A stretch of DNA of 64,000 nucleotides. It comes from Eledone cirrhosa. Lineage: Eukaryota. The stretch covers positions 45,074,001-45,138,000 of the forward strand of contig OZ024745.1 in the NCBI GenBank assembly GCA_964016885.1, written 5' to 3'. Every line of letters starts with the position of its first letter. Positions within the stretch are counted from its first letter, which is position 1. A program made the translations under genes and the position numbers. This document shows positions 1-9,427 of this stretch, one piece after another. The notes beneath the pieces were generated by a model. The model was given only the letters and a program-made list of their open reading frames with translations. It did no database searches and had not been told where the DNA came from.

Positions 1-1271
1 AGCTCAAAGTCAGACAAGAAATGAAAAATCCAGCTGGAACTCCCAAAGAATCCATTTCAAAGTCCAAAAATTTCTCTAATGGCTGATCGTTTAAACCTGA
101 CATTGGGCCAGAGAACAGCATTCATGGCATCGATTATTTCTGAGGGTGGGACTGACATAGACGCCACAACTCTCTCCAAGAAAAATAGCAGACGTGCAGC
201 TAAAAAGATCAGAACTGTGGGGGTAAACACATAAAGGAACAATTTTCTGTACCAGACTTTGTTACCTTGCATTGGGATGGCAAAATAATTCCTGGTGACC
301 ACGAGAGGCTAGGTGTGCTAGTTGCTGGAACTCTGGACTTCAGAGAAGGTAAACTCCTCGGTGTTCCCATAATTCCTGATGGCACTGGAACCACCCAAGC
401 CAAAGCATCATTTGATCTTGTTAAAGATTGGAATGTTGATGGGTCTGTGGTGGGCTTGGTCTTTGACACAACTGCTTTGAATTCTGGATGGAAAAATGGT
501 GCCTGCGTGAAACTAGAAGAGATGCTGAACAAAAAGGTGTTTTATTTTGCTTGTCGACACCATGTCATGGAGCTATCTTGTGTGCAGTGTGGCAACAACT
601 ATTCGGAGCAATGTCCAGTCCAGACACCCCAGAGTTCAAGGAGTTCAAAAATGATTGGGTGTCACTCGGACAAGACCAACTTTAAAACATTGAACATTGT
701 CGACCGGAGACTCAAGCGTCTGTGTTCTGAGAACATCAAGTTCCTCCAAGATTTGCTGACATCCAACGATGGGAAAATGAGTTCTCTTCCACGGGACGAC
801 TACCGAGAATGTGCCGAGTTGATGTTGATCTTGCTTGGTGTCACCCCTCCTCGTAGAATTCATTGGATGCTGCCTGGTTCACATCATAACGCTCGGCGGA
901 TGCCCACAATCATCTATAGTGCAAAGACGTATGCATTAGGTGAGCGACTCAATTACGATCAAACTAAAATGGAAAAGTTGCGTCGGATCTGTATGTTCAA
1001 TGCTCTGTTCTACGTGCGATACTGGCTGACAGCAGTCAAGTGTGCTGATGCACCATCCAATGACCTTCAATTCTACGTGGAGTTGAGACAGTACAGTAAG
1101 GTTGACAGAGATCTCTCGCCGGCAGCCACTACTGCTCTGAGCAGGCATCTTTGGTACCTGACGGAGGAAGCCATTCCGCTAGCGCTGTTTTCAAGTCAGG
1201 TCCAAGAGTCCGAGAAGAAACGAAAACGTCTGGGCCTCTCGACCGTGGTGCTCCACTATTTCCCGAGTTGA
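1..1271 (+). pseudogene. Degenerate DDE transposase of a hAT-related (probably hATm-like) DNA transposon; cut by the window edge at the 5' end, apparently 3'-truncated
   Basis: Motifs VTLHWDGK, LVFDTTALNSG..NGAC..LE, ACRHH..EL (CxxH), PG..H.AR, RHLWYL.EE..PLALFS. In-frame stop at 22-24. Frameshift near 228-233 joins ISLMADRLNLT.. (frame 1) to HIKEQFSVPDFVTLHWDGK (frame 3). Two further compensating frameshifts near 575 and 668. The subfamily label is from memory of these motifs. Confidence 0.8.
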
Positions 1272-1553
1272 AGTCGTACTTTGAACTGTAAGTGAGTTCA
1301 TTGAGACCACGATGAATATTGTTAGTAAGCAACTTTCGTATTTCCTGATCGCATGACTCAAATTAAGCTCACTAAAATGTTCATGTCCTTTTTCCGTTGT
1401 TTCGTATATATTTCACTACCAGTATTATTTCGTGTACTGAAATATTTGACTCTTTTAATTACACCCTGTCTCTCTAATCGAGCACGTTCTTTTTCAACTG
1501 GATCTTTAAGTGAATAGAGTACTAGACGAGCTCTACAGAATCATGGTGTAGCT

Positions 1554-1818
1554 CAGGGGTCCCCAACCTTTTGGGTCCGCGGGCCGGATGCGCAATTAAT
1601 ACTACTTATATACAAATAAGTAACCATTTATTTATCCCTTATGTTAGATTTGAAACAAAATTCAATATTGATACTTAGAGCTGTCCCATGCAGAAAAATA
1701 CATTTAAACATTGTTTTATTCGGCAAACTGTACCCTTTTTAGAACCCTGGCGGGCAGGATAAAGGCCTTCGCGGGCCAGATTTAAACCCTTCGCGGGCCG
1801 GGGGTTGGGGGACACCTG
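1554..1818. mobile_element. Non-autonomous hAT (Charlie/Buster-type) MITE, 265 bp
   Basis: Left end CAGGGGTCCCCAACC; right end reverse-complements to CAGGTGTCCCCCAACC. Perfect 8-bp TSD GTGTAGCT at 1546-1553 and 1819-1826 with central TA. Subterminal GCGGGCC/GCGGGCA motifs at both ends; AT-rich interior. Confidence 0.93.
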
Positions 1819-2185
1819 GTGTAGCTGTTAAAAACACGTGTTTGATAGGTAAATATAAGCGATGTGTAGTAATTAAGAAATAGAGTATAATGAATATCAC
1901 TCCATTAGTTGCTAAATGTGCAATATGTAACTTGGACAAAAGTAAAACAAATAATAATGATAAAGATATTCTATCAGGAGTACTAAATAAGGATCACGTG
2001 TTTATTACTGGGTTCTCTCCTTAGTAAGGAATGAAACAAAGTCGACAATTTAAAATTATAGGAACATCTTCAAATAAAAGGAAAAAAAAAAAACGCTGCT
2101 TACATAAAAATAATTAAAAGAAAATCTATTCTAAATTTCCCTGCACGAACATTTGATTTGTAGAACGATTTCATTACATATTTCC

Positions 2186-2830
2186 TTATCTCGCTGTTAC
2201 ATGTATTTCTGTAGTAATCAGTGTATTTTTAAGCATATAAGCTTGCATTGCATATTGCACAATGAAGCTGCGATTCTGTTCAAAATAAGAAAGAATTGAA
2301 TCTCTGCACGGATGAGCTTTAGACCTAGACACCTTATCAATTGTTTCATTTCCATCATCATCTTCGTCGGAACCAATTGCTGCATCTAGATTTTCAGGAT
2401 TAATCACATGGTCCATAATCTCCGGATTTGAAAAAAAAGTTTAAGTGAATTAATGTCGTTATAAACAGCAATCCAGTAATCAATATGATTATCCTTGAAA
2501 CTATGTAATCGATTTTGTATGGACTGTTTTCATTATTTCTATCAGGATCTGCCTCACATTAAAACCACCAAAATATTTTTCAACATTAGATATTATATGG
2601 TCAAATAGGAAAATAACTTAAAAGTGTTGCCAGGATCTTAAAACAGTGAGAAATATAGCAAGCGTAACGCCCGCATCCTTCATTGTAAAATTGCTTTGGA
2701 CATCGAGAATAAAAATTCTGCTGTTGATTGAATCTTTAATAAAATATCATTTCTACAGTGATACTCGAAGTTCTAGATGATTCTTTGGTACACTGATAAA
2801 CGACTAGAAATAATGTTTGCACTTAAATCT
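2186..2830 (-). pseudogene. Tigger/pogo (Tc1-mariner superfamily) transposase remnant, C-terminal part of the DDE domain and acidic tail
   Basis: Manual minus-strand translation gives ANIISSRLSVYQRII*NFEYHCRNDILLKI (cf. Tigger PNxTSxxQPMDQGIIxNFKxxYR), FTMKDA..TVLRSWQH, then the acidic tail MDHVINPE..DEDDDG..KVS..A..ILSYFEQ (ORF 2186-2416). Confidence 0.65.
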
Positions 2831-2914
2831 GAACCAAATTTATTCCCATTGTGGTAGCGATGGGGAATGTCTGTATATCAGTCTTAGTTCTATGTGTATT
2901 ATTTGTATTACTTG

Positions 2915-3130
2915 GGGACGGTTGATTGGCAGTACCGGTAGAGCGTCGGACATGTTTTGCGCCATATAGTTGCGGCCCTTTATACTCAGTTCAAAATCTT
3001 GTCGCAGTTAGCTTTGTCTTTCATCCTTACAGGGTCGATAAAATAAAGTACCAATTAAGTACTTGGGTCGATTTAGTCAACCACCCCCTTCAAACTACTG
3101 GTCTTGTGCCAATATTAGAAAGAGTTATCC
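2915..3130 (+). mobile_element. tRNA-derived SINE, family 1, diverged copy
   Basis: A-box-like TGGCAGTACCGGTAGAG, B-box-like GTTCAAAATC, core CTTTCATCCTTACAGGGTCGATAAAATAAAGTACCA, tail CTTGTGCCAATATTAGAAA; homologous to the minus-strand copies at 4705-7355. Confidence 0.8.
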
Positions 3131-3489
3131 GTTACTTAACAGTACTACAATATAACTACTACCACTGGATACTGAAGTGGGAAGAGAAACTGGAATATAA
3201 AGACAGAAAGCACTACAGGAAGGAAGTACGATAATTATTTAATGATCCCATGGGGATAAGCTCTACAATTATTAAACACAACACACCAAAACCCAAGACA
3301 TAATTTCCATCAACCAAACTAAACATAATCAACAACAGAGAAAACATACTCAATGACCACAACACATTTGGTGTCTAACGTTTTATCCATATGATTTACA
3401 TTAAGTTGAACTGCAGGCACAAATTCATGTGTAAAGCAATTTTGAAAAAAAAAAAAAACATTCTTTATCCACACATGCCATAGACTGTT

Positions 3490-3745
3490 GCGGAGGCACG
3501 TGGCCTTATGGTAAGGGTGTTAGACTTACGATCATAATGTGGGATCGATTCCTGGACTGGACTGTGTGTTGCGTTCTTGAGCAAAACATTTTATTTCACG
3601 CTGCTCCAGTATACTCAGCTGAAAATAAGAACCGCCTACAGTTGGGATTTTAAAGCTACGATCGACTGGTGTCCTTTCCAGCGGGAAGCTTTGCACTCTC
3701 TGTTGCTTAATATCAAGGAAACCGGGATAAGCACTTGCCTGATAT
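3490..3745 (+). mobile_element. tRNA-derived SINE, family 2 (CORE-like)
   Basis: Head GGAGGCACGTGGCCTTATGGTAAGG, B-box GATCGATTCC, CORE-like TGCGTTCTTGAGCAAAACATTTTATTTC..CCAGTATACTCAGCTG; similar to 4340-4465. The 3' boundary is approximate. Confidence 0.7.
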
Positions 3746-3789
3746 GTCTTCAGGTTCGAAACAGACTTTAGAATAGAACATTCAAAGAA

Positions 3790-4200
3790 AGCTCTTAGAC
3801 GATAGCCTTTAACTGTCAGTAGATGTTTTATCCTTTGTTGACCAAATACAATCACTCTATATTATGCTTGGAATCACCAACAATTACTTCACTGGAAGTT
3901 GCCAATGTTTTAGTTGGTAAATATTTCCAGTAAAGGTTAGTTTCAATGGCGTTCTGTATCTAATCTGATGTAAAATTATGTTCCTGGGCAAGTTCATCAA
4001 ATGTCACGATGTCATCTATAACTGTTTCTGAATCTTTTTTTTTTATTCACTAGCAAAGTCAATTTGTTTTATTCCTTGACGTATTTCTAATCTGGTTCAC
4101 TAGAAACCCGATAAAGCAATTGATGTTTCTAATTCTATTTTTTCTTTAAAATATTAAGCTATTGGCTATTGTATTATCTAAGAATTTGGGTGTCTTTCTA
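3790..4200 (-). pseudogene. Tigger/pogo transposase remnant, HTH_Tnp_Tc5 region and start of the DDE domain
   Basis: Minus-strand translation SGF**TRLEIRQGIKQIDFASE*K (cf. ASxGWLxRFKxRHGI..GE) followed by LAQEHNFTSD*IQNAIETNLYWKYLPTKTLATSSE (cf. QIYNADETGLFWKxLPxKTLA); same strand as and colinear with the 2186-2830 fragment. Confidence 0.75.
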
Positions 4201-4339
4201 TTTACCCTTTAAAGCTTCTCCACATCTTCTCTATTTCCCTGTTGCGGCCATCAGCTTCACTTTTATAATAAACTACATGTACGATACTTTCTATTCCCCT
4301 TGCTATACCTATTAATTATAACTCATCCACTCCAAAGAA

Positions 4340-4465
4340 AGGCACGTCGCTTAGTGGTTACGGTGATAATTTTACGAGCGGGAGTTCGATTCCCTGGTCG
4401 GGAGGAGCATTGTGTGCTTGAGCAAGATACTTTATTTCTTGTTGTTACAGTTCACTCAGCGAGAA
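4340..4465 (+). mobile_element. tRNA-derived SINE family 2, partial
   Basis: GGCACGTCGCTTAGTGGTTACGG..GGAGTTCGATTCCCTG..TGTGTGCTTGAGCAAGATACTTTATTTC..CAGTTCACTCAGC; aligns by eye to 3490-3625. Confidence 0.7.
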
Positions 4466-4704
4466 AAAATTATTTGCGATGATACCGGTGCCTAGATCGG
4501 TAGCATGTAGCGAGTAGACTGGTCTTTCAAAAAAAACAAAAACAACACAAAACACCCTGATCAGGTCTGTACCTGGCGGAAGCAAACCCATGGCCAGGCA
4601 TGACTGAAGTGGGAGTGGGCATCTTTTTTTTCCCCATTCAAAACAAAACATCAAATGCACTCATATAGCCGATCTTCATATAGAAAGAAAGAGTTATTAT
4701 TATT

Positions 4705-4891
4705 AATAATTGTTTTTACTTTTGGCACAAGGCCAGCAATTAACCAGTACATTACTGGTACTTTATTTTATCGACCCCGTAAGGATGAAAGGCAAAGTTA
4801 ACCTCGACGGGATTTGAACTCTGACCTTAAAGGGACGTAACAATGTTAGAAAGCATGGCGTCCGACCCTCTACCGATACTGCCAGTTCACC
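4705..4891 (-). mobile_element. SINE family 1, near full length
   Basis: TTGTTTTTACTTTTGGCACAAGGCCAGC..CTGGTACTTTATTTTATCGACCCCGTAAGGATGAAAGGCAAAGTTAACCTCG..ATTTGAACTC..CTCTACCGATACTGCCA; reverse-strand A and B boxes present. Confidence 0.9.
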
Positions 4892-5062
4892 TAATAATAA
4901 TTGTTTCTACTTTTGGCACAAGGCCAGCAATTATCTCAGTGTATTACTGGTACTTTATTTTATCGACCCCGTAAGGATGAAAGGCAAAGTTAACCTCGGC
5001 GGGATTTGAACTCAGACCATAAAGGGCCGTAACTCTTTGCTGCAAAGCATGGCGTCCGACCC
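4892..5062 (-). mobile_element. SINE family 1, tandem second copy, slightly 5'-truncated
   Basis: Direct, highly similar repeat of 4705-4870, ending at GGCGTCCGACCC; joined to its neighbour through TAATAAT. Confidence 0.9.
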
Positions 5063-5134
5063 TAATAATGATAGTAACAATATTAATGTATATATAAATA
5101 TTTATATTAAGAGTAATAGTGACTATTTACGTCA

Positions 5135-5320
5135 AATTTTGCTGCTGCTGGTTTCTCAAAATGGAAATGGACCTCTGACGGTTTTGACGATATGTGTTCC
5201 AGTTGTTCGATCAACGGAATAGCCTGCTCATGAAATTAACGTGCAAGTTGCTGAGCATTCTACAGTCACGGATATCGTTAACGTAGTCCTCAGGGAGATT
5301 CAGCGTGACAGAGTGTGTTA
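5135..5320. repeat. Fragment of an interspersed repeat (probable SINE or other TE of octopus type)
   Basis: GC-balanced island GATCAACGGAATAGCCTGCTCATGAAATTAACGTGCAAG..GGGAGATTCAGCGTGACA, recalled as a common octopus repeat. Only one copy in the window, so not confirmed internally. Confidence 0.4.
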
Positions 5321-6234
5321 CAGGATCGAACCTGACACACACTCACATCCCCCCACACACTTTTATATATATTTTTCTTTTGGAGCTCTAATAAGCAAGT
5401 CTTTGTTTATAAGTTTTTAGTAAATGAGTATATATTTTGACCTTGACTTAGGGGTCAAGTATGATTGTCCTGTAAGTAGATACTTAAGCATACGATATTC
5501 GAGCCTCAAGAGATTACGTACTGCTTGTCGCTTCAAAATTGTTGTTATATGTTTGTTTTATGTTGATTTGTTGTTATATTTTGTATTTGTTATATTTGAA
5601 TTACATCTGTTGGCTATTAGCAAACAGTTCGGTAATTTCAGAGAAAGTAGGTAAAGTATTTACTATCAGCTCATATATCATAAGTTCAAATCTGTTGATG
5701 GTAATTTGTTGCTGTTATTCACCCTTTCATTACCATATTTCTAATAAAAGACATTACCATAATGTTTCAATAATTTTGAAAATAATCAAGAATTTGAAAT
5801 TATTTATTAATATAATTTTATATTATTAAGCTGATGTTTGAAACATAACAACATAATAAAGGTTTCCACATAAAATTATGATTAAATATTTTAGACAAGT
5901 AAAAACACTTTAAAATAAACAGTTTAGTATCATATAACCAAGGGCAGTTTCAGGCAGTTTGGTATCGAAAAGGTTAATCCAAAGTCAACTCTGATCTAAC
6001 AGACCTATTATCAAAGACATTTTTTATCATGGCATATAGTAAACTGAATATCAGGTGATCATAGTTATTTAATTAGATTTTGTACTACCGGTGTTGCTAT
6101 GAGTAGCTTTTAAAGTTTCAATATCATTTGTGTTGGTGTAAACTTTAAAAAAATCTCTACAATTGTTTCATTGTGTTTCTGTGCATAAAAGTTAACTTTT
6201 TGTAATTTTCAGCGTTGTTTGATATATAAATAGT

Positions 6235-6383
6235 TGTTTCTACTTTTGGCACAAGGCCAGCAATTAACCCAGTGAATTACTGGTACTTTATTTTATCAAC
6301 CCCGTAAGGATGAAAGGCAAAGTTAACCTCGGCGGTATTTGAACTCAGACTGCAGTTCAAATCTCGCCGAGGTTAACTTTGCC
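6235..6383 (-). mobile_element. 5'-truncated SINE family 1 with a fold-back inverted end and a 17-bp TSD
   Basis: Direct repeat TTTGATATATAAATAGT at 6218-6234 and 6384-6400; SINE 3' part at 6235-6350; 6354-6386 is the reverse complement of 6313-6345. Confidence 0.88.
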
Positions 6384-6737
6384 TTTGATATATAAATAGT
6401 GCCAATTGGTTATGAAAAATATGAACAAAAACATAGGAGCCATACTATTCCCAAAATAGTTCTACTACGAATACGTACATCCCGCACAAGTAATTATGAC
6501 TCAATAACCCAGCTGAAATATATCATCATCATCATATAGAACAATATTCATAGACAACAGACACCCTATGCAATAAGCACCAAATAAAAAGAAACAACAC
6601 AACTCACAACACACAGAGTACTCTTTAAGATTAATATCCAATAAAATAACACAACTTATATTACGCATACACCATACACAACAGAACGAGCACTAATGCA
6701 GTTGAAACTCGCACGAAACCACCGAGGAAATAATAAT

Positions 6738-6917
6738 TGTTTCTACTTTAGGCACAAGGCCAGCAATTACCCAGTGCATTACTGGTACTTTATTTTATCG
6801 ACCCCGTAAGGATGAAAGGCAAAATCAACCTCGGCGGGATTTGAACTCAGATCGTAAAGGGACGTAACTATGCTGAAAGCATGGCGTCCGACCCTCTACC
6901 GATACTGCCAATCCACC
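6738..6917 (-). mobile_element. SINE family 1, full length with TSD
   Basis: Complete tail, core and head; direct repeat CCACCGAGGAAATAATAAT at 6719-6737 and 6913-6931 (the first bases overlap the SINE 5' end). Confidence 0.92.
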
Positions 6918-6937
6918 GAGGAAATAATAATAACAAT

Positions 6938-7100
6938 CTGTTCTAATTTAAGTACAAGGTAATTTATTGCTAATTTATCTTATCGATCTCGGATGGATGA
7001 AAGACAAAGTTGACCTTGGTGGGATTTGAACTTAAGACGTAAAGAGCTGTAACTACATATCGCAAAGCATTTTGTCTGACGTTATGACGATTCTGTCCCT
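6938..7100 (-). mobile_element. SINE family 1-related, older diverged copy
   Basis: TTATCGATCTCGGATGGATGAAAGACAAAGTTGACCTTGGTGGGATTTGAACTTAAGACGTAAAG..AAAGCATTTTGTCTGACG. Confidence 0.75.
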
Positions 7101-7145
7101 AATATATATTTGCATGTGTGTATGTGGTTGCTTGTGTTTATAAGG

Positions 7146-7355
7146 ATTTCTAATATAGGTACAAGGACAGCTGTTTGAAGGGAGGGGAAAGTCGATTAAA
7201 TAGACACCAGTAACTATCTGGTACTTTATTTCATCGAGTTCGGAAAGAAGAAAAGCAAAGTTGACCTCGGCGGGATTTGAAATCAGAATGTAAAAGGCCG
7301 TAACTTTATGCCGCATACCATATTGTCCGATGCTCTACCGATACTGCCAACCCAT
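7146..7355 (-). mobile_element. SINE family 1-related copy
   Basis: CTGGTACTTTATTTCATCGAG..GCAAAGTTGACCTCGGCGGGATTTGAAATCAG..GCTCTACCGATACTGCCAA. Confidence 0.8.
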
Positions 7356-7369
7356 CATTCGTGCTTGTG

Positions 7370-7382
7370 TATATCATACAAT

Positions 7383-7414
<32 letters not shown>

Positions 7415-7496
7415 CAGTTCATATAATACAATTATGTATACATACATTCATATATATATATATACATAATTGTATTATATGTGTATACAATTATGT

Positions 7497-7536
<40 letters not shown>

Positions 7537-7553
7537 TATATATATATATATAT
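7370..7553. repeat. Compound (TA)n/(CA)n microsatellite region with a recurring ATACAATTATGT motif
   Basis: Directly visible TA and CA runs separated by ATACAATTATGT-like spacers. Confidence 0.9.
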
Positions 7554-8206
7554 AATAAAAACATTTTAAATTACGATATCGAAATAAGATCATTGAAAAC
7601 CAAGAACTAATCCAAACCTGAAGCACTTTTAATTAGAATATTGAGACAGCCACTTCATTTAGGAGCATGGAACACGATTAAGTCAACGATACAGTAAGAT
7701 TAATTGCCACTGATAAAAATCAGTTAAGTTACTACCTATTGCTTATTTAGAGTGGTCTGCACTTATTAGTAAAGAATTGCTAGATATGGCCGCATAAAAT
7801 TTGCTCTTTAAACCTTGATCATTAAGTAAGAGAAAATTGCCTTCAGCTTTTTCCCAGACTAACTAAAATGAAGAAAGATATTAAGAAAAAAATGGTTGTT
7901 TGGTTTTCTTGTAAAAAGAAGGAATGAAATAAAAAAAAATTCTAAGTGTAAAGAATTTGGATGAGACCTATACTGTTTAGATAATATCAGTTATTTTCTT
8001 GTCACACATGCACTTACTTACCGATACATACACACAAACATGTTATGCATATGAGAGTATGCTGAAAAGTTCATAGGCTGACTATGAAGGACACATTCCC
8101 AGATTATACACATAGTTATTCGCTTCAATACAACACACGTAAAACGGGTGCCTATAATAGTTCCCGGACTCGAGTTTTGGCCTCACTTAATGCAGCATAT
8201 ATATAT

Positions 8207-8334
8207 GGAAAATGTTTAACCCCGACTGCAGAGCTCAAGCCGTTTCGACGGCTATTTCTGGACTAAATTAGAATTTAGTCCAGAAATAGCCGTCGAAACG
8301 GCTTGAGCTCTGCCGCCGGGGTTAAACATTTTCC
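8207..8334. repeat. 128-bp near-perfect palindrome (63-bp arms, 2-bp loop), head of an unclassified fold-back element
   Basis: GGAAAATGTTTAACCCCG..GTTTCGACGGCTATTTCTGGACTAAATT-AG-AATTTAGTCCAGAAATAGCCGTCGAAAC..CGGGGTTAAACATTTTCC; only a few mismatches near the outer ends. Confidence 0.95.
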
Positions 8335-8412
8335 TATTACCCACTCTACTACCCTAAGTATTGAGTACTCTGGTGCGTTATGGTCCATCTGGTTCCTTAC
8401 CACACTTCCTTC

Positions 8413-8417
<5 letters not shown>

Positions 8418-8461
<44 letters not shown>

Positions 8462-8471
8462 TTATTTATTT
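8418..8471. repeat. (TA)n followed by (TTTA)n microsatellite
   Basis: Directly visible. Confidence 0.95.
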
Positions 8472-8593
8472 ATTATAATGATTTTTTTGCCCTATGGCTG
8501 AATTCATACCGTTTCGACTGAAAGAAAGAAAAAAAAATTTACTTCCTGTCGAAACGATATGAGTTGAGCCGTAGGATCGAAAATCATTATAAT
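8472..8593. repeat. Imperfect palindrome related to 8207-8334
   Basis: ATTATAATGATTTT..CCTATGGCTGAATTCATACCGTTTCGAC [~29-bp A-rich loop] GTCGAAACGATATGAGTTGAGCCGTAGG..AAAATCATTATAAT. Confidence 0.85.
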
Positions 8594-8601
8594 ACCTAAA
8601 C

Positions 8602-9262
8602 GCCGAGGTTAACTTTGCCTTTGATCCTTACGGGGTCGATAAAATAAAGTACCAGTAATGTACTGGTTAATTGCTGGCCTTGTGCCAAAAGTAAAAACAA
8701 TTATTAATAATAATAACTCTTTCTTTCTATATGAAGATCGGCTATATGAGTGCATTTGATGTTTTGTTTTGAATGGGGAAAAAAAAGATGCCCACTCCCA
8801 CTTCAGTCATGCCTGGCTATGGGTTTGCTTCCGCCAGGTACAGACCTGATCAGGGTGTTTTGTGTTGTTTTTGTTTTTTTGAAAGACCAGTCTACTCGCT
8901 ACATGCTACCGATCTAGGCACCGGTATCATCGCAAATAATTTTTTCTCGCTGAGTGAACTGTAACAACAAGAAATAAAGTATCTTGCTCAAGCACACAAT
9001 GCTCCTCCCGACCAGGGAATCGAACTCCCGCTCGTAAAATTATCACCGTAACCACTAAGCGACGTGCCTTTCTTTGGAGTGGATGAGTTATAATTAATAG
9101 GGGAATAGAAAGTGGTCTATCTTGAAGAGAAAGTATCGTACATGTAGTTTATTATAAAAGTGAAGCTGATGGCCGCAACAGGGAAATAGAGAAGATGTGG
9201 AGAAGCTTTAAAGGGTAAATGCACTGGGGTAATTGTTGGCCTTGTGCCTAACGTAGAAACAG
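8602..9262 (+). mobile_element. Chimeric insertion: inverted duplicate of 4200-4809 plus a SINE family 1 3' tail, bounded by a 15-bp TSD
   Basis: 8601-9220 is a near-identical reverse complement of 4200-4809 (the ORF track shows the same peptide at 4445-4660 minus and 8773-8964 plus). 9221-9262 GCACTGGGGTAATTGTTGGCCTTGTGCCTAACGTAGAAACAG is a SINE tail. TTATAATACCTAAAC occurs at 8587-8601 and 9263-9277. Confidence 0.9.
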
Positions 9263-9343
9263 TTATAATACCTAAACTCTACTTTCTTAAGTATCGAGTA
9301 TTAAGCTGAACAATGACCGTACTAATTTTAACAGGTAACCCCC

Positions 9344-9346
<3 letters not shown>

Positions 9347-9426
<80 letters not shown>
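9347..9426. repeat. (TC)17 followed by (TA)n microsatellite abutting the satellite array
   Basis: Directly visible. Confidence 0.97.

Positions 9427-9427
<1 letters not shown>

Noticed and set aside
267-1271. Intact transposase CDS
   Set aside because: Starts at a non-ATG codon mid-protein, has an upstream stop and frameshift, internal compensating frameshifts and an apparently truncated C-terminus.
1511-1520. TGAATAGAGT match to the satellite monomer
   Set aside because: Only 10 bp with no flanking similarity; compatible with chance.
5650-5977. Possible piggyBac-like MITE ending GGTATCGAAAAGGTTAA
   Set aside because: No matching left terminus or paired TTAA TSD could be found.
2915-7355. 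tRNA genes suggested by A/B-box motifs
   Set aside because: No cloverleaf was seen; the motifs are heads of repeated SINEs.
8500-8570. Hammerhead ribozyme (CTGAAAGA..CGAAAC)
   Set aside because: The core does not match CTGANGA and no convincing stems I-III were found; the motif is explained by the palindrome arms.
2926-8964. Short 60-107 aa ORFs in the flank
   Set aside because: They overlap SINEs, microsatellites or AT-rich DNA and have no recognisable domains.
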